Assembly: GCA_035546095.1 (NCBI GenBank)
Contig: DASZXB010000088.1
Location: 3,042-67,041, forward strand
DNA length: 64,000 nucleotides
Direction: 5' to 3'
Source: Verrucomicrobiia bacterium
Lineage (GTDB): Bacteria > Verrucomicrobiota > Verrucomicrobiia > Limisphaerales > UBA11358
The notes under the pieces are model-generated. The model was not told the DNA's origin. It did no database searches and saw only the letters and a list, made by a program, of their open reading frames with translations. Shown one piece after another: positions 38,747-47,063 of the stretch (positions within the stretch are counted from its first letter, which is position 1; each line of letters opens with the position of its first letter). The translations under genes were made by a program, and so were the position numbers.

Positions 38747-40420
38747 TCAATTTGTCGCGACCGATTGTTCTTTCAAAAACATGCGGTCGCACCAGTCGCC
38801 GAAGCGTTCGCCGGAGTTGCGTTCCTTCGCGAAACGCGCGAGCACGGGACGCAATTCGTTTTCGATGTCCGGGTCTTTCACGACATCTTTCCAGATACGA
38901 TTCATGCGCGTGCCGTCGGCGTTGGCGCCGAGCCAGATTTGATAGCGTCCTGGCGCTTTGCCGACGAAGGCGATTTCCGCGACGTAAGGCCGCGCACACC
39001 CGTTCGGACAGCCGGTGGAGCGGATGATGATTTCTTCGCCGGCGAGTCCGACTTCGGCGCACAATTTTTCGATGCGGTCAACGAGGCCGGGCAACATGCG
39101 TTCGCTTTCGGCGAGTGCGAGGCCGCAGGTGGGCAGAGCGGGGCAGGCCATCGCCGCCGCGTGTAAAATGCTGGCCTGATTTTCAATCGCGACACCGTGT
39201 TTGGCCAAAATGGCGTTGACGGCGACTTTTTCGTGGTGGTCAACGTTCGCCAGAATCAAATTTTGATTGGTCGTCAGGCGAAATTCGAGGTGCGGAAGTT
39301 TTTCCGCGATTTCACGCAGCGCGATTTTCTTTGCGTCTTTCACGCGTCCGGTTTCGACGAACAACGTGAAGAAATTTTTTCCATCCACGGATTTATGCCA
39401 GCCGAGCAAATCGCTCGTCGTCGTGAATTTGAATTCGCGCGCGGGTTGCAATTGGATTCCCGCGCGTTTTTCGACTTCCGCGCGCGCCCAATCCGCGCCG
39501 CGTTCGGCGATGACGTATTTCAGGCGCGCGTGTTTGCGGTCGGCGCGGTCGCCGAAATCGCGATGAATCGTGAGCACGGCTTTCGCCACGTCCACAACTT
39601 TTTCCGGCGGCAAAAATCCGATGACGTCGGCGAGGCGCGGATACGTCGCCGCGTTGCCGTGATTGCGCCCCATGCCGCCGCCCACGGCGACGTTGTAGCC
39701 GACGAGTTGGTCGTTTTCGACGATGGCGATAAAACCAACGTCGTTCGTCAAAACGTCAATGTCGTTCGACGGCGGAATGGCAAAGGCGGTTTTGAATTTG
39801 CGGGGCAGATATGCTTTGCCGTAAAGCGGGTCAACGAAATTTTTATTTTCGTCCGCGTTCAAATCCAACTGCACGCCGTCAATCCAAATGGCATGATACG
39901 CTTTGGTTTTCGGCGCGAGTTCCATCGCTATTTTTTTGCAATCGGCATAAACCTGTTCACGCGCTTTCGTGTAAGCGGGCGTCGGCGGCGCGAGGACATT
40001 ACGATTCACGTCACCGCAGGCGGACAAAGTTGAAAGCAGCGATTCGTTGATGCCTTTGATGACATGGCGCAAATTGTTTTTGGCGATGCCGTGAAATTGG
40101 ATGCTCTGGCGCGTGGTGATGCGGAGCGTATTGTTGCCGTATTTGGCAGATAAATCGTCGAACACGCGCCATTGGTTGGCGGTCATCACGCCACCGGGAA
40201 TCCGCCCGCGCACCATCATAATGTATTTCTTGCCGGTCTTGCGCAAATCGCGGTCGTCCTGCTGATAACAGCCGTGAAATTTCAAAAATTCGTAGTCGTC
40301 GTGCGAAAAATGGTCTTCGGCCTCGTTGGCAATCGTGGCGGCAATCGTGCCGGCGACCGTCGGGATGGCGGATTTGATTTCTTCGTTGTGGGTCAATTTG
40401 GCTGTTGCATTATCGCTCAT
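38747..40420 (-). CDS. cysI: assimilatory sulfite reductase hemoprotein
   Basis: FHGCYQQDDRD, RQSIQFHG, CPALPTCGLALAESER, TGCPNGCARP (siroheme/4Fe-4S cysteines). Confidence 0.9.
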   Translation of the reverse strand: MSDNATAKLTHNEEIKSAIPTVAGTIAATIANEAEDHFSHDDYEFLKFHGCYQQDDRDLRKTGKKYIMMVRGRIPGGVMTANQWRVFDDLSAKYGNNTLRITTRQSIQFHGIAKNNLRHVIKGINESLLSTLSACGDVNRNVLAPPTPAYTKAREQVYADCKKIAMELAPKTKAYHAIWIDGVQLDLNADENKNFVDPLYGKAYLPRKFKTAFAIPPSNDIDVLTNDVGFIAIVENDQLVGYNVAVGGGMGRNHGNAATYPRLADVIGFLPPEKVVDVAKAVLTIHRDFGDRADRKHARLKYVIAERGADWARAEVEKRAGIQLQPAREFKFTTTSDLLGWHKSVDGKNFFTLFVETGRVKDAKKIALREIAEKLPHLEFRLTTNQNLILANVDHHEKVAVNAILAKHGVAIENQASILHAAAMACPALPTCGLALAESERMLPGLVDRIEKLCAEVGLAGEEIIIRSTGCPNGCARPYVAEIAFVGKAPGRYQIWLGANADGTRMNRIWKDVVKDPDIENELRPVLARFAKERNSGERFGDWCDRMFLKEQSVATN

Positions 40421-40536
40421 AAGCGAACGACTATCATAGCGGCAAACGGGGGTGTGTTCAAGTGCGCTTGTTTGTAACTGTGTCTGGTCTTGAAACGTCT
40501 TGTATTTGTCGTCATTTTAGTTCAACCCGATTTCGC

Positions 40537-42009
40537 ATGAAAACATTGATAATCATTCTGTTGGCGGCAACCGCCGCCTGCGCCTCGACTTATTTTGTCG
40601 TAGCCAACCAGAAGGCGGCGCAATTGAAAGCCGCGCAAGCCGCGTGGAACGCCGAAAAAGCGCAACTCGAAGCCGCGCAAAGCAATGCTCCCGCCGTGAC
40701 ACATACGACCGTCATCGCCGCCGCCCAATCGTCCGCGCCGGTTGAAGAATCGCCGGAAGACATCATCAACGATTTGCTGGCGCTCAAACTGGGTTCCGGC
40801 ACCGCGCGCAACGGCGGTCTGCGGATGGTGGTCTACAAATTGGAAAGTCTTGCGCAACGTGGCCCGGCGGCAGTGCCAGCTATCCGCGCGTTTATCGGGC
40901 GCAATGTGGACATAGATTACAGCGTGCAGTCTGAACAGAGTACAAATGATGCCGAAACCGTTGCGGCAAGTGCCAATGGCGGCAATGACCAGACCAACGC
41001 CAACAACGGTCGTGGTGGCAATCGCCGTAATCGCGGCGGTTTCGGCCAAGGTGGTTTTGGCGGATTTGGTGGAGGCGGATTCGCGGGTGGATTTGGTGGC
41101 GGACGCAGAGGTCCTCGCAATTTGCAAAATTTGCGGACGGATTGGGTCGCGCCGCCGTCACTGCGCCTGGGGTTGGTCGGCGCTTTGCAGGAAATTAGCG
41201 GGCCGGAAGCGGAGCAGGCGCTGGCGGAAATGTTGAGTTCCACCGCGCGCGGCGTTGAAGTGGCTTACCTTGCCCGCGTGTTGGATGAGATTGCGCCGGG
41301 AAAATATCGTGACGCCGCCTGCGCCGCCGCCAAGGAACTTTTGTTGAACCCGCCGGCAGTGGATGACCCCGACCGGCTCGACAATTTGTCCGAAGGTTAT
41401 CTTTTCGGTGTGCTGGAAATGTTTCAGGACGCCTCCTTCGCGCCCAATGCCGAACAAATGCTGGTCGGCGCGGACGGGCGATTGGACCAGGACGCGCTGG
41501 ATTACCTGATGGACGTGCTGAAGGACCAGGCAATTTCAGCGCTTTATGCGGCAAGCCAAAACTCCAATCTTACGAATCAATTCGACAAAATGACACTTGA
41601 CCGGCAAATCTTAAATTATGTCGGCGCGAATTCACAGGCGGATACGCTGTTCAAGGACACGCTGAACAACACGAACATTGACGCGCGTGTGAAAACATTT
41701 GTTGTGGCGCAACTCGCCGGTGGTGGGTTCGGGCCGTTCGCGGCGACAAGTCCAACCGACCCGCAAATGGTCAATGGCCGCATCCAATTGTTGAATCAAC
41801 TTCAATCGCAATATGCCAGCGACCAGCAAATGTCGCAGGCAATCTCCGCAACGATTGACGCATTGCAAAACGGCCAGTCGGTGGATATGCGGCAACTTTT
41901 CGGCGGCGGTCGTCGCGGCGGCGGTGGAGGATTTGGCGGCGGCTTCGGCGGCGGCAATAATGGCAATGGCGGCAACAACAACAATGGCAACAACGGCGGC
42001 GACCAATGA
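40537..42009 (+). CDS. membrane-anchored HEAT-like repeat protein with two RGG/FGG low-complexity tracts
   Basis: From the ATG at 40537: signal/anchor MKTLIIILLAATAACAS and a coiled coil. Two low-complexity tracts: GRGGNRRNRGGFGQGGFGGFGGGGFAGGFGGGRRG and the C-terminal GGGRRGGGGGFGGGFGGGNNGNGGNNNNGNNGG. Confidence 0.6.
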   Translation: MKTLIIILLAATAACASTYFVVANQKAAQLKAAQAAWNAEKAQLEAAQSNAPAVTHTTVIAAAQSSAPVEESPEDIINDLLALKLGSGTARNGGLRMVVYKLESLAQRGPAAVPAIRAFIGRNVDIDYSVQSEQSTNDAETVAASANGGNDQTNANNGRGGNRRNRGGFGQGGFGGFGGGGFAGGFGGGRRGPRNLQNLRTDWVAPPSLRLGLVGALQEISGPEAEQALAEMLSSTARGVEVAYLARVLDEIAPGKYRDAACAAAKELLLNPPAVDDPDRLDNLSEGYLFGVLEMFQDASFAPNAEQMLVGADGRLDQDALDYLMDVLKDQAISALYAASQNSNLTNQFDKMTLDRQILNYVGANSQADTLFKDTLNNTNIDARVKTFVVAQLAGGGFGPFAATSPTDPQMVNGRIQLLNQLQSQYASDQQMSQAISATIDALQNGQSVDMRQLFGGGRRGGGGGFGGGFGGGNNGNGGNNNNGNNGGDQ

Positions 42010-42012
42010 TTT

Positions 42013-42870
42013 TCAAGTCGCCGGCACAAAGCGTTGCAACAAAATTGCCGTGCCGAATAAAATCAGAAAAGCAAAATTCAGTCCCTCCGGACTGACCGGC
42101 GCGACCGCCAGCCAATCCACGAAAACAATTCCCGCCAGCAGACCGGAAACGACTCTGCCGACGTTAATTTCACCGGCCTGAAAAATTTGCCGCGTGCAAA
42201 ACGCGATCCATAAAATCAAAATCAATGAAAGCCAGATGGCCGGGACGCGATATTCCCCGGCGTTCATCACCATTGCCCAAAGAACCGGCGCGGCCAGAAA
42301 AATCAGCGGCCAATACGGAATCGGCCCGCGAAAACTTTCCCGTCGCGCGACGTAACTCAAGCCGACGATGTAAAACGCCAGCGCGACGCCGCACCAGACC
42401 GGCCAGCCGTTCAAGCCGTCCGCGCCCGTCGTTCCCGCAATGACATAAACCCAGAAACGGCACAACCCCATCAGCCACGGCGACGCCGTGATATATTTGT
42501 GCGCCGCGTTGTAAATCAAAATGGAAACCGCGAGCGCGACCGCGAGCGCGGCGGCGATTTTGCCGAGCAACAACAGGCATAAAACACCCAATACCATCCA
42601 CGCCCAGCCAAACCGCCACACGGCATCCAGGGAAATCGCACCGGAAGGAATGGGACGATTCACACGGCGTTGCCGGTCAAATTCCGCGTCAAACGCGTCG
42701 TTCAAGAACATGCCGCTGACGTAAAGAAAACTCGTGCCGAGCAACAACAACGGCAATTTCCAAACATTTCCGCCGCCCGAAAGCCACCAGCCTGCGAGAC
42801 AATTCGACCAGACCGTCGGCAGATTAGAGACACGGCCAAGAATCAGCAGCGTGCGAAATGTTCGATTCAT
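42013..42870 (-). CDS. UbiA-family prenyltransferase (EboC-like)
   Basis: NDAFDAEFD...RPIPSG first Asp-rich motif in a polytopic protein. N-terminus RVSNLPTVWSN. ATG at 42870 (TTG at 42888 also possible). Confidence 0.8.
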   Translation of the reverse strand: MNRTFRTLLILGRVSNLPTVWSNCLAGWWLSGGGNVWKLPLLLLGTSFLYVSGMFLNDAFDAEFDRQRRVNRPIPSGAISLDAVWRFGWAWMVLGVLCLLLLGKIAAALAVALAVSILIYNAAHKYITASPWLMGLCRFWVYVIAGTTGADGLNGWPVWCGVALAFYIVGLSYVARRESFRGPIPYWPLIFLAAPVLWAMVMNAGEYRVPAIWLSLILILWIAFCTRQIFQAGEINVGRVVSGLLAGIVFVDWLAVAPVSPEGLNFAFLILFGTAILLQRFVPAT

Positions 42871-42951
42871 CCGCGCGAAGGAAAACAAAAATTATTGCGC
42901 GTGAAAAGAAAGTTTGAATCCAATGACTACTCTTTGCAGCCTATCTGCGTG

Positions 42952-43206
42952 TTAGGCTGACGGCTTCTGGTCATGCTCATCTCTCTTCAATCGCTGTGCC
43001 TTACGATTGAAATACCACGATACTGCCAAAATCACCAACGGAAATGGTGTGGCGAAAATGTAATACCAGACCGAAGGACTCTCTTGATGACTATCTATCT
43101 TAAACTGCACGGGATTTAGGAGAGGATAATAAATGGCAACCAATATAAATGCGCCAATTATCGCCGATATGGCTGCGAGAATCTCGTATGGTAATGACTT
43201 GTGCAT
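42952..43206 (-). CDS. small 2-TM membrane protein (AT-rich)
   Basis: 84-aa ORF with two hydrophobic helices, lying between the eboE-like and eboC-like genes. Confidence 0.45.
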   Translation of the reverse strand: MHKSLPYEILAAISAIIGAFILVAIYYPLLNPVQFKIDSHQESPSVWYYIFATPFPLVILAVSWYFNRKAQRLKRDEHDQKPSA

Positions 43207-43419
43207 GGAGTCAGCTTAACAGTTAATAGATATTAGATTCTGTGGTCTATCATTTGACGACAATGAGAACTTGTGTTTGAGATAAGACCTTGTCCAGCAT
43301 AATTTTCACCTGAAAATGCAGGACGACTTCTTTCCACAAAGGTGGCAGCAAAGGCGGCAAACGGTCAAGACGGTTTTTTGCCCAATCCCAAAGGCAAACG
43401 CGAGAAGTCTGCTGGATGA

Positions 43420-44622
43420 TTAAACCAATCCGCGTTCTTTCAATCGCGCGAGCGTCCAATCATATTCCGCCGCGATTTGGTCAACGACGCTGCGCGTTCG
43501 CAATTCCGGCGGCAACACTTCCCACGTGTAAGTCTCCATTTCCAGATGCGGGCAAAGCGTTGGATTTTTCGCCAGCCAATCCAGAGCACTGGGCAAATGG
43601 TCGTTGGTGTTTGCCAGCGGCGGCGCGGCGGGCGCGTGCAGTGGAACGTGAAAATGGATTCTCCACTCCGGCAATTTTGAATCTTGAATTTTTAATTTTG
43701 AACTGGCCGCGAGCGCGTCGGGCAAATCGCGGAAAATTTTTAGTTTGCCATTTTCATCACGCGCGACGACCTGGTGCAGATAAACGTCGTCGGCAAACTG
43801 TTTCAGTTTTTCGCGCGCTTCAATCGTCGGCTGGCATTTGAGCGCGGAACTCAAATGGATTTTGCTGATTTTGATTCCAGCGTTTTGGAACGCGGCAATC
43901 GCATTTTGCGGTTCTTCAAATTCAATCGCAAAATGGCAGCAGTCGTAATTCACGCCGAGAAATTCAGTCAGCCGCGAATCATTTTTATATTCATAGCGCA
44001 TTTGCCCGAAGAAAGAAATGGTTTCGGCGGAGTTTTCAAAATAGCCGAGCGGTTCGGGTTCGAGGCCAAGATGCAATGGCTTTTTGGATTTTTCGCTGAC
44101 ACGCGAAATGTGTTCGACGCAGCGGAAAAGATTTTTGCGGGTTTCGATTTCCTGTTCGCGCGTGGAAATAAATTCCTTGAACGAGCCGGGCAGGGTGCTG
44201 ACGCTGCCTTCCATTCCGGCAGGCAAAAGTTCGGCGAGCAAATCGAAAAGCAAATTCGTGTAATTCAAGCGTTCCGGCGAAGTCCAGTCGGGCAAATAGA
44301 CATTTTCCTTTACGCGCGCACCGTGAAATTTTCCAAACGGAAATCCGTTGAAGGTAAAAATGTAGCAGCCGTTTTTTTCGAGCCAGCGTTGAAATGCTAA
44401 AAGTGTTTTGGCATCGGATAATTCACTGGCGGCGCAATTGCTCAAGCGCAGGCCGATGGCAAATTCGTCGCGCGGACAAACTTTTTCGCGCACGGCGAGC
44501 GTGTATTTTTCCAGCGAATCGAAGGTTTCCGCCCACGTTTCGCCGCGATGGACGTTGGTGCAATAGGCGAGGTGCAGATTCCGGCTCAATTTCACAGGCG
44601 CAGGATGGATAAAATTGTTCAT
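43420..44622 (-). CDS. xylose-isomerase-like TIM-barrel protein (EboE-like)
   Basis: From the ATG at 44622: LAYCTNVHRGETWAETF, LEPEPLGYFEN, YDCCHFAIEFEEP, YLHQV, HFHVPLH and EMETYTWEVLP match my recollection of the EboE family pattern. Confidence 0.7.
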   Translation of the reverse strand: MNNFIHPAPVKLSRNLHLAYCTNVHRGETWAETFDSLEKYTLAVREKVCPRDEFAIGLRLSNCAASELSDAKTLLAFQRWLEKNGCYIFTFNGFPFGKFHGARVKENVYLPDWTSPERLNYTNLLFDLLAELLPAGMEGSVSTLPGSFKEFISTREQEIETRKNLFRCVEHISRVSEKSKKPLHLGLEPEPLGYFENSAETISFFGQMRYEYKNDSRLTEFLGVNYDCCHFAIEFEEPQNAIAAFQNAGIKISKIHLSSALKCQPTIEAREKLKQFADDVYLHQVVARDENGKLKIFRDLPDALAASSKLKIQDSKLPEWRIHFHVPLHAPAAPPLANTNDHLPSALDWLAKNPTLCPHLEMETYTWEVLPPELRTRSVVDQIAAEYDWTLARLKERGLV

Positions 44623-44693
44623 TTGCAAAGCGGAAACAGCGTTGACACTTCCGACGCAAATGTTAATCTCTTTTGAAAGTAACAAACCAAACC

Positions 44694-45461
44694 ATGTTGA
44701 TTCGCATCAGTTTGATTGTCGCCATCGTCGCGGCATTGGCCGCAGGCGCGCTGAACGTCCTTCAGGTTCGCGATAAAATTAACACGTTAATGACGCAACG
44801 CGACGGTTATCATTCCGAGCGCGATCAGGCGCGGACGGATTTAAGCAACGCCAAAAAGGATTTGGCCAAGACGCAGGACACGCTCAAGCAGACGCAACAG
44901 GAATTAACCGATACGCAATCCGAGCGGGACAAGGCGGTGGCCGAATCACAGGCGCAAACCAAACGCGCGAACGATTTGTCCGACAAGCTGGCCAAGACCA
45001 CGCAGGAACGCGACGACGCGCGAAATGACCTCGCCGCTTTTCAAGCCACAGGCTTGCGCCCCGATCAAATCAGCGGTCTGAATAAAAATCTCAAAGATGC
45101 GCAGAACGCGCTCGAAGTTGCCAACGAAGAAAAATCAGTTTTGCAGCGCACCGTCAGCCATTTGCAAACTCGACTGGCAAAATATGAAGGGCCGGAAACG
45201 GATGTCAAATTGCGCGCCGACCTCAAAGGAAAAATTCTTGTTGTGGACCCGAAATGGGATTTCGTCGTGCTGAACGTCGGCGAGGAGCAGGGCGTGCTTG
45301 AAGACGGTGAATTGCTCGTCAGTCGTGATGGGAAATTGGTCGCCAAAGTCGTCGTCCGCAGTGTGCAAAAAGACCGCAGTATTGCCAACGTCGTGCCGGG
45401 CTGGCAACTGGGTGAATTGATTGAAGGTGACGAAGTGACGCCCGCGCATCCGGCTTCTTGA
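44694..45461 (+). CDS. membrane-anchored coiled-coil protein with a C-terminal beta domain
   Basis: From the ATG at 44694: TM helix, about 150 aa of heptad-like Q/D/K/L-rich sequence, then KILVVDPKWDFVVLNVG... Confidence 0.6.
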   Translation: MLIRISLIVAIVAALAAGALNVLQVRDKINTLMTQRDGYHSERDQARTDLSNAKKDLAKTQDTLKQTQQELTDTQSERDKAVAESQAQTKRANDLSDKLAKTTQERDDARNDLAAFQATGLRPDQISGLNKNLKDAQNALEVANEEKSVLQRTVSHLQTRLAKYEGPETDVKLRADLKGKILVVDPKWDFVVLNVGEEQGVLEDGELLVSRDGKLVAKVVVRSVQKDRSIANVVPGWQLGELIEGDEVTPAHPAS

Positions 45462-45462
45462 G

Positions 45463-45639
45463 ATGAAAATTTCCGCCGGCAAAATACTTTTGCTTTTAGC
45501 GTTTGCCGCAATGATTATAGCTGTCAGCGGTTGCGGGACAAATGAGGCGCAAAACGCTTCCGTCCGTCCGTGGGATTCGCCGCAAGGCTGGGAATACGGC
45601 GGTGGGATGCCGATAAATCCGCAGCAACAACACTATTGA
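45463..45639 (+). CDS. small lipoprotein (58 aa; not in the ORF track)
   Basis: MKISAGKILLLLAFAAMIIAVSGCGTNEAQ... has a signal peptide and lipobox. The ATG lies 1 nt after the preceding stop. Confidence 0.45.
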   Translation: MKISAGKILLLLAFAAMIIAVSGCGTNEAQNASVRPWDSPQGWEYGGGMPINPQQQHY

Positions 45640-46214
45640 TTCAGTTGCGTGGTCACGCAATTCTTCGGTGTAAAAATAAAATCCACCTGCGTGTCGTGCG
45701 GTTCGGCGGGGATTTTTTCCAAAAGCTGAAAATCATAAGCCACGCCGCATTTCACGCCGTCCGCTTCCGATAAAATCCGGTCGTAAAAACCCTTGCCGCG
45801 ACCGAGACGGTTTCCTCTCAAATCAAACGCCATTCCGGGAACGAGAATCAGGTTAAATTTGTCGAACGGAATTTTTTCGCAATTTGCCGTCGGCTCGGAC
45901 ACGCCAAATTTGCCTTCGGCGATGTCCGTTTCCAAATTAGTCACGCGGCGCGCGATGTAGGATTGCGCCGCGGCGTCAAAAGCGGGCAGGGCGCAGGTTT
46001 TCGATTTCAACCATTTTTCCAGCAACGGCCAGACGTCCAATTCGTCCGGCAACGGCGCGTAGAATAAAATTGTTTGCGCGCTCCGCAACTGCGGTTCCAG
46101 TCGCGCGCACAATTCCATGGACTCCACCGTCCGCACCGCCAGCGAAATTTTGTCCAACCGCTCGCGAATTTGCGCGCGCAGTTCGGATTTGGAATTGGCG
46201 ATGGAAGAAATCAT
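45633..46214 (-). CDS. 5-formyltetrahydrofolate cyclo-ligase
   Basis: LILVPGMAFDLRGNRLGRGKGFYDR. Confidence 0.88.
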   Translation of the reverse strand: MISSIANSKSELRAQIRERLDKISLAVRTVESMELCARLEPQLRSAQTILFYAPLPDELDVWPLLEKWLKSKTCALPAFDAAAQSYIARRVTNLETDIAEGKFGVSEPTANCEKIPFDKFNLILVPGMAFDLRGNRLGRGKGFYDRILSEADGVKCGVAYDFQLLEKIPAEPHDTQVDFIFTPKNCVTTQLNQ

Positions 46215-47054
46215 TCAAAATTTTGTGTCGTCACCAATCACCGAGCCATTAGCGATTGAAAAACAAATATCGTCGTAATTTGTCGAGCCGATTTGGTCAA
46301 ATGCTCGATTTCTTCCGGCGGATTTTATTTGAACTTTATTTCCATCGCTTTTAATCAAGTGAGGAGTTCCCCACGGATCGAGGTCTTCACCATTTGAATT
46401 TCTTTCCTGTTTGTAGCTGGAATGATATTGCTCCTTTTTTGGATTATCTCCGCACAAAACTTTCGTGACTGAAGCGTTGTCTCCGCGCGGATAACTCCCA
46501 AAATCAATACGATAAAAATTTAGTGAGGCGTGAAGATTGGCTTCGTAATATGTGACTTGTTCCTTACGAAAATATTCAAGTAACGCGCAATCGTTTGTGC
46601 TCAATAAATCATCAAGTTCTTGTTTGGTGACGTGAGTTCCGCCGCCGTGAGGAAAAATTATGGTCAATTTTTCGCGGTTTGTATTTCCGTCTTTTTCACG
46701 TTCGTATGCGGTGACTTCGTGCGGAATTCCAGATGTGCCGAGATAAATGCAATCTGAAAAAATATCCACTAATTCTGGCTTTGAATTCCAATCTGGAGGT
46801 AAATTTTTTGAATCGGAAGGATAAAACAATGACAATCCGTTTGTGCCAACATATTGAGGGTATAATTCAGACAACTTCCTAGGCAGTTGACCGTCGTGGT
46901 CGTAAGAATAGTTTTCGAGAGCGTTTCCAATTTTGGAGAACCTTTTCATCGTTTCAAAAGAAGCACTGTGAATTGGCAAATGGCGAGGCGTTAGCAAAAA
47001 ATAGAAAACAGCAACACAAAACAAAATCAAAATTACAATGTGTTGGGTTTTCAT
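46215..47054 (-). CDS. membrane-anchored pseudopilin-like protein (AT-rich)
   Basis: N-terminal TM helix, ALENYSYDHDGQLP and the C-terminal DPWGTPH..K.AG.N motif resemble GspG-type pseudopilins. There is no prepilin methylation motif. Confidence 0.5.
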   Translation of the reverse strand: MKTQHIVILILFCVAVFYFLLTPRHLPIHSASFETMKRFSKIGNALENYSYDHDGQLPRKLSELYPQYVGTNGLSLFYPSDSKNLPPDWNSKPELVDIFSDCIYLGTSGIPHEVTAYEREKDGNTNREKLTIIFPHGGGTHVTKQELDDLLSTNDCALLEYFRKEQVTYYEANLHASLNFYRIDFGSYPRGDNASVTKVLCGDNPKKEQYHSSYKQERNSNGEDLDPWGTPHLIKSDGNKVQIKSAGRNRAFDQIGSTNYDDICFSIANGSVIGDDTKF

Positions 47055-47063
47055 TACACAAAA

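Noticed and set aside
42832-42843. The 11-mer TTCTTGGCCGT is shared between the attC-like site (next to its R' box, about 55689..55699) and the start of the UbiA-like CDS.
   Set aside because: In the UbiA gene it encodes the conserved ILGRV segment, no GTTRRRY follows, and the flanks do not fold with the upstream heptamer. It is probably coincidence.
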